A stretch of 32,000 nt of DNA, taken from contig JBHLRO010000011.1 of NCBI GenBank assembly GCA_048882505.1, positions 87,486 to 119,485 on the forward strand, given 5' to 3'. The first letter of the stretch is position 1; each line of letters opens with the position of its first letter. A program made the translations under genes and the position numbers. This document shows positions 18,207-26,892 of the stretch, in pieces. Below the pieces are notes generated by a model. The model did no database searches. It saw nothing but the letters and a program-made list of their open reading frames with translations, and was not told the origin of the DNA. The DNA is from Candidatus Thorarchaeota archaeon. GTDB taxonomy: Archaea; Asgardarchaeota; Heimdallarchaeia; Hodarchaeales; Hodarchaeaceae.

Positions 18207-19238
18207 ATGAGTTCCTTTGAAAGCATCCCTCCTAATCGGCAATTTCAATTCCTATTAACAATTGAGGAATGGATGGGTACAGAGTTTGAAAGAGTTGCAA
18301 TCCAACATCCGAAATTATTAGATATTATAGATCAAGTTAGATTTTGTGGTGTGAATGGTCTGATTCAGCAAGTCAATCGAAAGATTAGTCCCTTCTGTTT
18401 TCAAGAAATTACTGAAAATCAGATTCGCTTATTAGTCATTGCTTTTTCAATTCCGATATTTCAATCATTAGATGCCATCACTATTCAGACTGGAATGGAA
18501 TACTTCAGTAATATCTTGAAATACATATTGTGTGAAAATTACACTACTCAAGAAGCAGAAAATGCAGCATTTGATGACATAAAGCGCCTCCATCCCATCC
18601 GTAAAAATAACGAAGAAATCGCACCTTATCAAGACTTTGTTGAGAAAATTGAGGGTCAAATGCGTATGAAAGTACGCCTAGGACTTCCAATTATTCCAAT
18701 TTCACAAATCGAGGAAAAGGTAAAAACGGAACGTCTGACCTTTTTGGATGAAATGAGAAAGGCCAAACGTGCACTTGGCAATATCAAAAGTAACTTGAGA
18801 GAATACTCCAAGGAAATCGCAACACAGTATCGTATCAATGTCGCACCTTATCTATTTCAAACCAGTTTGGAAAACCTGTTCCAGCCCTTGTACATTCCCA
18901 TATTTACCTTGAATTCCACTAATCGGGCTAATGAGATTTTTTCTGTCCTGGTTCTAACCGAGGAGGTAGTAAAACGGGTAAATAGTCGTCAATTAGAAGT
19001 TTTAATCGCTTACGAAATCATTGGAGCACGGATGCGATCCAAATTCTCTCGTGGTCCTCTTGAGAGAGAAATTTTCCTCATTATATCAAAGGACGAAAAA
19101 TCTGCTCCAGAAGATTACATTGAGAAAGAATTAAGTAAGTTTTTTGACCTTAAGGAAATTCGTGAGGCTCAAAATACGATACAAAACATTGTTGAAAGTT
19201 TGATCGAGGAATCCTACCCACTTATGATCCTAGAGTAG
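18207..19238 (+). CDS. Hypothetical protein with a degenerate zincin-like motif
   Basis: Long ORF with AGGTGA SD before ATG 18207 (ORF track starts at GTG 18198). LVLTEEVVKRVNSRQLEVLIAYEIIG resembles the zincin strand-helix with HExxH replaced by YEIIG. Confidence 0.7.
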   Translation: MSSFESIPPNRQFQFLLTIEEWMGTEFERVAIQHPKLLDIIDQVRFCGVNGLIQQVNRKISPFCFQEITENQIRLLVIAFSIPIFQSLDAITIQTGMEYFSNILKYILCENYTTQEAENAAFDDIKRLHPIRKNNEEIAPYQDFVEKIEGQMRMKVRLGLPIIPISQIEEKVKTERLTFLDEMRKAKRALGNIKSNLREYSKEIATQYRINVAPYLFQTSLENLFQPLYIPIFTLNSTNRANEIFSVLVLTEEVVKRVNSRQLEVLIAYEIIGARMRSKFSRGPLEREIFLIISKDEKSAPEDYIEKELSKFFDLKEIREAQNTIQNIVESLIEESYPLMILE

Positions 19239-19366
19239 TTTTCATACCGGTACGTAAAGCTATAGCAAAACTGATAACAAAGCAACAATACGGGTTGGAA
19301 CTGATCCTTACCAAATCTATGTTAACCGGGACATTTTAATCGGAGTTTGCTGGATTGAAAAGGCCG

Positions 19367-20068
19367 ATGAATCGAGGAAAGGTACAAAAGATATTGCTAA
19401 TGGCATTTCTTGTATTTTCATATGGTATAAATGCTTCACTCCAGCCAGCGAAGGTTAGGGCATCGCCTGAAGTAACAACTCAAAACACCGATGCCCGCAT
19501 ACAAATCCAGCTTATAAATCTCGAGGTTAAGGTGGGAAATCGATTTGTTGTGTTAGAAAAGTTGACGAGTGAAGTTTTAAATCCAGAAGAAGCAACAATA
19601 ATCCCTCAGGTGATTAATGGATCCACAATTCGGGTGAATACGAGCTACACAACTATTATCGGTGATAATACGAGTCTGGTTATGCATGAGTTCGCGGTTG
19701 ATGTGTATCAAGTGCGCTCAGGGGAACCAGATACTTTGAACAGATCTTGGGCCATAGTGTACCGTGACGGGGAACCCGAAGAATTGATTCTTACCCCAGG
19801 TGCTTCTAAAACTGAGGTTTTAGATATTCCTTCCTTCATTCTCCCTGCGTTTGGCACTTATAAATTTGTTTTTCGAGTTAAGTACCACACTTACAAAGGA
19901 TTAGGCGTAATTCCCAGAGATAGTCTCTTCCCTACAAACATGACTTTTGAGTTCATTCCAGGGCTTCCTCCGCCTCCTGAGATCCTGCTTTACCTCTTTT
20001 TCTTCGTGAGCTTCATTTTCGTTGCATTCATCGCTTTAGGGGTTTATGGAGATCGGAAATACAAATAG
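19367..20068 (+). CDS. Predicted surface protein: signal peptide, beta-rich (Ig-like) ectodomain, C-terminal TM anchor
   Basis: Basic-then-hydrophobic N-terminus (MNRGKVQKILLMAFLVFSYG), Pro linker LPPPPE, hydrophobic helix and basic tail DRKYK. Confidence 0.75.
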   Translation: MNRGKVQKILLMAFLVFSYGINASLQPAKVRASPEVTTQNTDARIQIQLINLEVKVGNRFVVLEKLTSEVLNPEEATIIPQVINGSTIRVNTSYTTIIGDNTSLVMHEFAVDVYQVRSGEPDTLNRSWAIVYRDGEPEELILTPGASKTEVLDIPSFILPAFGTYKFVFRVKYHTYKGLGVIPRDSLFPTNMTFEFIPGLPPPPEILLYLFFFVSFIFVAFIALGVYGDRKYK

Positions 20069-20109
20069 ATTTTATATTCCTAATCTTTTCGGATAATTGG
20101 GTGAATCCC

Positions 20110-21018
20110 CTACTCATCTTGGATATCTAGGGCCAGGGTGAGGTTAGGCATTTCCTGGGAATTTCGCCAGCCATCCATAAGTTTTAATTTTTCTATTTTA
20201 AGATGTGCCCGGCCAGGGTTTTTTGAATGCATCGAGAAAACAGCAAGGCGGCCAGATTTAATCGTTTCATGATACATCATCTTCTTTGTTTGTTCGCCTG
20301 GAAATTTCAGGTTAGAAATCATGTTGGTCATGGTAATTTGATATTCAAGTCGTAAATACTGCTTGGAAGGTAAACTTATCTCCATATTAACTGTAAAACC
20401 CATGTCAGCCGATGCCCGAACGGGCCCATCAATACGGATTCTTATATCTCGCCATTCGACCTCGGTTTTGGAGTGGACAATTGGGGTTGTTGGAATCGGT
20501 GGAACTAGGTATATCTCTCTAATTAGCTGCGTTCTGGTTGTTCTAAAGTCGAATTCTGTTTCAAAATCGTATTTGACTTCAATGGCCCGAGATCCTGAAG
20601 AATCAACACGATAAATACGAAAACCTGCGAAGTTAGGGGTCACCTGCATGGGATCTAATACTAATCCAAATGTAAGTGGATGCATTTGTTGGTAGGCATA
20701 TTGGGTGCGAATGTCGGTTCCAGAAAAAAACAAGCCGAGACCAGGGTGTGTATGTGCCCAACCAACGACTACTTCACCAGAATCAATTCTACTGAATGAT
20801 ACGAGAGAAAAAACCTTTTCATAGTCAGTAATGTCCACGTAAACTGCGTTTCCTGCATTCATCGGAATAATATCGGTTACAGAAATCCTAGAGTCTTCTA
20901 TTCGTCCTAGAATCAGCCCAATACATTCTTTCCAGTCCCTTGGATGGTCATGAGGGTTCGCATTTTCTAATGCAAACCGCAAAAACTTGACGTAGACTGG
21001 TTCGGGTAAGGTAATCAT
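20110..21018 (-). CDS. JAMM/MPN+ metalloprotease (Rpn11/CSN5-like) with C-terminal beta-sandwich extension
   Basis: Intact JAMM motif: KECIGLILG (catalytic E) and GWAHTHPGLGLFFSGTD (H-x-H-x7-S-x2-D), followed by TQ...GLVLDP. Confidence 0.88.
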   Translation of the reverse strand: MITLPEPVYVKFLRFALENANPHDHPRDWKECIGLILGRIEDSRISVTDIIPMNAGNAVYVDITDYEKVFSLVSFSRIDSGEVVVGWAHTHPGLGLFFSGTDIRTQYAYQQMHPLTFGLVLDPMQVTPNFAGFRIYRVDSSGSRAIEVKYDFETEFDFRTTRTQLIREIYLVPPIPTTPIVHSKTEVEWRDIRIRIDGPVRASADMGFTVNMEISLPSKQYLRLEYQITMTNMISNLKFPGEQTKKMMYHETIKSGRLAVFSMHSKNPGRAHLKIEKLKLMDGWRNSQEMPNLTLALDIQDE

Positions 21019-21824
21019 CTTGAATTCTCTTCCTGTGGAATGATCCTAATGGCATGAATCAGGATTCCAGAATATACTAGATCTCGAAATACGGGTCTCA
21101 TAATATGTTTCTTAGGATCAACAACAAAATTTCTTCGGGTGATTTCGAGAGTTTCACGTAAAACGAAGTATTGGTTCTCTTGGATTTGGGCAACAGTTTT
21201 TTCTACTTGCCCCCAGGAGGGAACAAAACACACTAATCTGCCACCACCCCTTAACACATGAGCAACGATATTGATTGCCTTATAAGGGGTAGAAAAATCA
21301 AGAAAAAATGCATCGAGTCCACGGATTTCCAGTGGTTCGAGAACGTCGTGGTTCGCAAATGTCACAAATTCCTCTAGTCCAGCTTTCTCCACATTGCTGC
21401 GTGCATTATCTAGATGAACCTTGTTATTATCAAAGGAATATACGTGCCCCTGAGGTCGTACTGCCGAGGCAAGAAATGTAGTTAGAGCCCCTGAACCACT
21501 ACCTGCCTCTCCTACCCTCATTCCAGGTGTAACGCCCGCCATGCTACAGGCAACGGCACAGTCGTCCTCGTATAGGATTTGAGTCTTCAAACGAAAATGC
21601 CGAATTAATTCGCGTGGGGTAGGCTTAAGGAGGAGAATCTGACCTCCCGTTAACGTAAGAGTGTCACCAAATGACCTTCCAATACAGTCATCATGGCTAA
21701 TCGTACCTAAGTGGGTAAAAAAACTACCTCCTTTATGTAACGTGAAAATCCACGATCGTCGCCGTCGAGAACTTAAGGTTTCTATTTGGACAATATCTCC
21801 TTCAACAAGTGGAATATTCTCCAT
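21015..21824 (-). CDS. trmI: tRNA (adenine-58-N1)-methyltransferase TrmI/Trm61
   Basis: F.THLG.I.HD..IG..G, LLLKPT, KTQILY, SAM motif GEAGSGSGALT, RLVCFVP..GQV and SGILI.A. GGTGA SD upstream. Confidence 0.9.
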   Translation of the reverse strand: MENIPLVEGDIVQIETLSSRRRRSWIFTLHKGGSFFTHLGTISHDDCIGRSFGDTLTLTGGQILLLKPTPRELIRHFRLKTQILYEDDCAVACSMAGVTPGMRVGEAGSGSGALTTFLASAVRPQGHVYSFDNNKVHLDNARSNVEKAGLEEFVTFANHDVLEPLEIRGLDAFFLDFSTPYKAINIVAHVLRGGGRLVCFVPSWGQVEKTVAQIQENQYFVLRETLEITRRNFVVDPKKHIMRPVFRDLVYSGILIHAIRIIPQEENSR

Positions 21825-21848
21825 TAAGAACTCTTCACCACGAGTGTT

Positions 21849-22235
21849 TCAGTTTCCGCTTGGGAATATCTTTGGTGGACGTTTCAAAGTTACAATGGGA
21901 ATGAAACGGACCAGCCCAGTGTGAGTATTGCCCAGATCGCGCTCTTCCAAATGAGAGAGAAACGATACTTGTTTGTCAGTCACTTGAAGGTCGTATCTGA
22001 TAATACTCTCTCCGACTTTCTCTATCGAAGTTTCATGAGTAACATAAAAAAGAACTGGCAATCCATGATAGTCATAATAACCAGGAAAAATCGCAAATGA
22101 TCCATAATTAACACGACTTTCTTCGGTAGACCACTTGAAGATTGTCGATGGTCTTTCTGGGCCAGAATTTGTGACCAATCTAACCAAATCTAGAAAGCTT
22201 TCTAATTCGATTGTATAGGCAGGTTCTAAAACCAT
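21849..22235 (-). CDS. Conserved archaeal hypothetical protein (resembles the small 'cren protein' family)
   Basis: IELESFLDLVRL, GYYDYHGLPVLFYV and C-terminal IPIVTLK resemble a TACK-type family as I recall it. Lies 24 bp from trmI. Confidence 0.6.
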   Translation of the reverse strand: MVLEPAYTIELESFLDLVRLVTNSGPERPSTIFKWSTEESRVNYGSFAIFPGYYDYHGLPVLFYVTHETSIEKVGESIIRYDLQVTDKQVSFLSHLEERDLGNTHTGLVRFIPIVTLKRPPKIFPSGN

Positions 22236-22282
22236 TCTAATCCGCTCTATTGTTCAGTATTTGAAAAAAAACCTGAGTATTT

Positions 22283-23035
22283 TTAATATTGGTTCCGAAA
22301 TGAGAGCCCGTAATAGTTCAGGAGGTGTGTGGTTGATTCTTCCGAGTCAACGATTTCCTTTTTCAGCCTTCGCCGATATTTTTTCTCATTTATTCCATCA
22401 GCAAGAATAACAATTTCCCGTTTCCGAACGGATGATAGAAATTTCTCAAAAACGATATATAATAATGATTTTTGGGGATCCGCGATCACAAAGGCGTCAT
22501 GGGGAATATGTAGACTTCCTATATGCTCTTGAATTGAATTTCCCTCCACAATGAAGATTTGCACGGGATTGCTTGAAATTAGAGCCGAAAGACGATCATG
22601 AATTTCATTCATTTTTTTGTTATCCTTTAAATCCGATTCGGTTTTGAAATCCTTGGTGACTTGTTGAGAAATATAGGACTGGATAAGACCTTGAGCCCGG
22701 GACATTTCACGTCTCATAGAACGTTTAAAGATTATACAAATGATTGTCGGTCGCTCTTTTAATCGCGGATCCGTGGTAAATACAGCCTCAACAATAAAGC
22801 TGAATATAAAACATAGATACTCTTCATCCGCGGGAATTGGCAAAGGTCCAAATAGATCAAAACTCGAACGGCCTATTTGCTCGCCAAGCAAAGTCATAAC
22901 CCGTACAGAGAGATTTAAGGCCTGATCGTCCGTAATAACAGTAGTTGAATTGAATACGACTTGGGGTCCGGCATCTGTAAATATACTGGTCAAAATCCCC
23001 ACCACTGGCGATTCAGGTTCATTTCTGGAATCCAT
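22283..23035 (-). CDS. Longin/uDENN-like domain protein with possible degenerate gelsolin-like C-terminal domain
   Basis: GILTSIFTDAGPQVVF (F-x4-GP strand pattern), MTLLGE, LPIP, FIFSF, DPR and IICIIF. C-terminus IFIVEG...DAFVIAD...LLYIV. ATG 23035 is preferred, with TATA-like TTTTTATAAA at 23087-23078 on the minus strand. Confidence 0.65.
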   Translation of the reverse strand: MDSRNEPESPVVGILTSIFTDAGPQVVFNSTTVITDDQALNLSVRVMTLLGEQIGRSSFDLFGPLPIPADEEYLCFIFSFIVEAVFTTDPRLKERPTIICIIFKRSMRREMSRAQGLIQSYISQQVTKDFKTESDLKDNKKMNEIHDRLSALISSNPVQIFIVEGNSIQEHIGSLHIPHDAFVIADPQKSLLYIVFEKFLSSVRKREIVILADGINEKKYRRRLKKEIVDSEESTTHLLNYYGLSFRNQY

Positions 23036-23306
23036 TGCCAATCCCAAGTCGAAGTTCGCGCGAATAAGCGATTAGCATTTATAAAAATCAAACTAGACAA
23101 TTCTTTCGGCTTTTTTAAGCTTTTCGTGGTTTGAAATAAGTCGTCGGTCGACTTCCTTAGTGTATATGGAAGATGAAGACGATCGTATCCAGATAAGGAG
23201 GTAGATTTCTTTCTCCGCAACAAATACCTGTTTTACCTTTAATACTCGTCATTTCTGCATGAATTCAGAAGTAGATATGTGGGATTTAACCTGTCCCTTA
23301 AATATA

Positions 23307-24416
23307 TCACGATGGAATAATCGATTCAATAACGCCAGTTGATTGAGCTAATCGAAGAGCCGCCACTTTGGTCAGACCTGATCGTCCCAAAATTGTGTAA
23401 ATGGGGCTCATCTTATGAGCTCGTAAAAGGGCATTTATAATTACTTCAGAGGGGATATCCTCTTCGAAATCATCAATGGTTACAGGGCAGCCCGCCGTTT
23501 CTAGCAAATTTTTGACATTTTGATAGTTTTGGTTTTGAAGCTTGGACATCAGGATCGTACCTAGGGCAACCCGTTCCCCGTGCAGGAGGGAGCTTCCTGA
23601 CGTATCATGTAGTTCTGCTGCTAGAGATGCTGCAAACATGTGTTCAGACCCATAACCGACTCGTATGTCATTAGATGTACCCATTAATACACCCGCTATC
23701 AATAAGGCTTTTAATACCACTTGAATGGCGTGATCAGGGTCAATTAACGCTTCAGAAACCTGGTTCTGAAAGAGCGTGTCAGCATTTTCTAGAACACCCC
23801 CTACAAAACGCGAATAGCGCTCTGATTTGATCCTGTAGGCGTGGCGCCAGTCCCAGATTGCTGTAATTTTTCCAAGTGTGTCTCCAACCCCTGCTGCTAG
23901 ATATCGTACCAAATTAGGGTGTTTAGCAATTTTATCAACATCTGCAATGACCGCAATTGGAGGACGGCACTCTCCGATAAAGGTCTCGGTCGGGTCATCC
24001 AGGAAGATAAAGGGCGAAGCGATTCCATCATGTGGAGTACTTGTTGGGACAGAAATCATTTCCATTTGTCCAGATGATTTAGACAAACAATACTTACCGA
24101 TTTCAATGATACGTCCTCCCCCTGCGGCCACCAATACATTCGGTTTGTATTTATTGACAATGTCTACATATGTTTCAGCTACTTCTGGGGTCACAACGGT
24201 ATTTTCAACAACCAATGTTTCATAATCGTAATCCTGATTTGCCATTATATCAAAAACTTCGATTCCAGCTATTTCACGAGTTTTCGGGCCCGTTAAGACT
24301 AGTACTTTGGGAATGAAACCGAAGGCGGAAATCACAGTTGTGATCCTGTCAAAGCACTGTGAACCGATAACTATCGTTCTCGGGACGACTGAATGAAGGA
24401 TTTCCGACCTTGACAT
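23307..24416 (-). CDS. egsA: sn-glycerol-1-phosphate dehydrogenase (EgsA) homologue, divergent
   Basis: PRTIVIG, AGGGRIIEIGK, SVPT..HDGIASP, GDTLGKITAIWDW, GSEH, LHGERVALGT and YTILG..GLT. Several consensus positions deviate (see findings). Confidence 0.8.
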   Translation of the reverse strand: MSRSEILHSVVPRTIVIGSQCFDRITTVISAFGFIPKVLVLTGPKTREIAGIEVFDIMANQDYDYETLVVENTVVTPEVAETYVDIVNKYKPNVLVAAGGGRIIEIGKYCLSKSSGQMEMISVPTSTPHDGIASPFIFLDDPTETFIGECRPPIAVIADVDKIAKHPNLVRYLAAGVGDTLGKITAIWDWRHAYRIKSERYSRFVGGVLENADTLFQNQVSEALIDPDHAIQVVLKALLIAGVLMGTSNDIRVGYGSEHMFAASLAAELHDTSGSSLLHGERVALGTILMSKLQNQNYQNVKNLLETAGCPVTIDDFEEDIPSEVIINALLRAHKMSPIYTILGRSGLTKVAALRLAQSTGVIESIIPS

Positions 24417-24936
24417 CTGATTTTCTAGTCCTTAAGTTAATGTATGTTGTCGATATCCTGGCTCAGAAAAAAGTTCTTAAACCAATTGTTTTTGTGGTTT
24501 TTCCTAAGAGAAAGGGCTTTTCTACTGAGTTAAGCTTGGGACATCCTCTAGTCTAGCCAAATCCTTTTTGCTTATGATCATTCGTATGTACGATTCTTAG
24601 GATCTACTCTATCACCACGAGTATAAAAGGTTCTTATAAGACTCTTCAGGATAATAGCCATCAGAAAAAGAGTATCCAGTACAGGCCTTATGAGCCTTGA
24701 TTTAATCTACTCTAGTTGGTTTAACAGGACATAATGGTGTTTCAAAACCCAGGACAATAGTGTTATGGTCTACTGACGAGTTAGGGGTATTTATGAAACA
24801 ATATCTCTCCGAGATACAGATAGATTTGCCTCTTGCCTGTTTTACCAAAATCTGATGGATTTTCTTTGGATTAGAATATGACTATCCAAGCTCGAAAGAG
24901 ATTGTATTATATTGTGTAGATTCGAGGTACCATGCT

Positions 24937-26871
24937 ATGGTGGCGCATAACGACAAGAAATATTCACACGAAGCATCGCTCGAACAATTAAAGGCTAATT
25001 TGATTAAAGAACTTCCCCCTAATGCTAGCATTAGCCAGGTGGCATTCGAAGGACCATTTGTGGTACTTTACTCGCTGAATCCCACGGTTCTTATGGAAGA
25101 CGGTGATATTGTAAAAAATCTGGCAAAAATATTAAGAAAAAGGATAGTAATACGCTCTGATGTTAGTGTAAGGAGAGAAAAGGAGGAAGCACAGGCTAGG
25201 ATAATGGAAATCGTGCCTGAGAACGCAGAGATCACAAATATTATCTTTGATGATGAACTTGGAGAGGTAATGATTGAAGCAAAGAAACCAGGGGCCGTTA
25301 TTGGGCGTAGCGGTGCCACATTACGAGATATCGGACGTTCGATCTGTTGGCGCCCGAGAGTTGTTCGTTCTCCCCCTATCCAGTCACAACTTATTCAATC
25401 GATCCGTAAAACCCTTACTGCCGAGTCAGAGAAGCGTAAACAGGCGTTGATAAATATTGGAAAACGAATTCATCGACCTCAAATTGCCGGTGATGATTTT
25501 ATCCGAGTTACTGGACTAGGAGGATTTTCTGAAGTCGGACGTTCGTGTATACTTTTAGAAACGGCAGAAACTAGAGTATTGATCGATTGTGGCCTAAATG
25601 TGGGATCGCGTGAACCTTCACAAATGTTTCCATACTTTAATGTTCCTGAATTCGATATTAATGCCATCGACGCTGTTCTCGTAACCCATGGTCATCTTGA
25701 CCATAGTGGGCTCGTACCTTTTCTTTACAAATGGGGGTATCGAGGACCTGTTTACACCAACGATGCCACCCTGTCACTGATGACCCTTCTTCAGAAGGAT
25801 TATATCGAAGTAGCGTCTCGTGAAAACAAACTAGTTCCGTATAGTCAACGAGACATCAAAAAAATGATTATTCATACAATCACAAGGAGATATGGCGAAG
25901 TTACTGACCTCAGTAATGATATTCGCCTTACAATGACCCCTGCAGGTCATATTCTTGGCTCATCAATTATGCACCTTCATATTGGTGATGGCCGTTATAA
26001 TTTGGCCATTGCGAATGATTTCAAGGCTAAATGGTCTCGCCTTCTTGACCGCGCCAACCGAAGGTTCCCTCGTCTTGAAACAATAATTCTGGAATCGACC
26101 TATGGTGGGCCTCGGGATATGATGGCAAGGCGTGATGATGCTGAACTTCTGCTTCTAAAAATCATTAACCAAACCGTAAGGCGCGGGGGAAAGGTTTTGA
26201 TCCCCTGTCTTGCCGTTGGGCGAGTACAGGAGTTTATGACGGTGTTGGCAAAATCTCATCGAAATCGTCAGCTCGTAGATGTTCCAGTGTATCTTGATAG
26301 TTTAATTGCAGAAGCCACCGCGATCCATTCTTGCCATCCCGAATACCTTTCATCTCGCCTCCAAGATCAAATCTTCAACGAGGGGAACAATCCGTTCCTA
26401 AGTGATATTTTCCATCGAGTAGATCGAGCCAATGAGCGACAGGCCCTCGTAAATGGGGAACCCGCTGTGATTCTTGCAACTTCTGGAATGTTGACAGGCG
26501 GAAATTCAGTCGATTACTTCAAAAATATGGCAGATAACCCCCGTAATTCAATTATTTTTGTGTCATCCCAATCAGAAGGCTCTTTAGGGCGAAGAATCCT
26601 TACGGGGGTCAAAGAAATTCGAAGCATCGAAGATGGCAGAATGAATATCCGGCGAGTTAATATGGACGTCCATCAGATCGATGGTTTCAGTGGACACTCG
26701 GATCGAGGCGAAATCATGAATTACGTTCGAGAACTGACCCCTAAACCGGAACGAGTTATACTTTTCCATGGACAGAGAAACAAGTCGCAATCTCTAGCCC
26801 AAGCGCTCACTAAGCGCTATAAAGTAAGAGTGGATGTACCATATAACCTGGAAACACTCCGTCTTGTGTAA
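24937..26871 (+). CDS. aCPSF1 (FttA) KH-domain beta-CASP ribonuclease / transcription termination factor
   Basis: N-terminal KH domains (EGPFVVLY, KRIVIR, KKPGAVIGRSG), LGGFSEVGRS, THGHLDH, AGHILGS, ESTYGG, SGMLTGG, DGFSGHSD and C-terminal NLETLRLV. Confidence 0.95.
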   Translation: MVAHNDKKYSHEASLEQLKANLIKELPPNASISQVAFEGPFVVLYSLNPTVLMEDGDIVKNLAKILRKRIVIRSDVSVRREKEEAQARIMEIVPENAEITNIIFDDELGEVMIEAKKPGAVIGRSGATLRDIGRSICWRPRVVRSPPIQSQLIQSIRKTLTAESEKRKQALINIGKRIHRPQIAGDDFIRVTGLGGFSEVGRSCILLETAETRVLIDCGLNVGSREPSQMFPYFNVPEFDINAIDAVLVTHGHLDHSGLVPFLYKWGYRGPVYTNDATLSLMTLLQKDYIEVASRENKLVPYSQRDIKKMIIHTITRRYGEVTDLSNDIRLTMTPAGHILGSSIMHLHIGDGRYNLAIANDFKAKWSRLLDRANRRFPRLETIILESTYGGPRDMMARRDDAELLLLKIINQTVRRGGKVLIPCLAVGRVQEFMTVLAKSHRNRQLVDVPVYLDSLIAEATAIHSCHPEYLSSRLQDQIFNEGNNPFLSDIFHRVDRANERQALVNGEPAVILATSGMLTGGNSVDYFKNMADNPRNSIIFVSSQSEGSLGRRILTGVKEIRSIEDGRMNIRRVNMDVHQIDGFSGHSDRGEIMNYVRELTPKPERVILFHGQRNKSQSLAQALTKRYKVRVDVPYNLETLRLV

Positions 26872-26892
26872 TACATCAAGGGAAGGAGTCTT

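Noticed and set aside
22990-23223. 77-aa minus-strand ORF between egsA and the longin-like gene
   Set aside because: It overlaps the downstream gene in another frame, runs through that gene's TATA box and has no recognisable protein character.
24767-24826. Hammerhead-ribozyme-like core: GGTCTA-CTGACGA...GAAA...hairpin...TAGATT
   Set aside because: CTGANGA, GAAA and a possible stem I are present. However, stem II barely pairs and the triplet before the stem I 3' strand is AGA, not NUH, so it does not fit the catalytic consensus.
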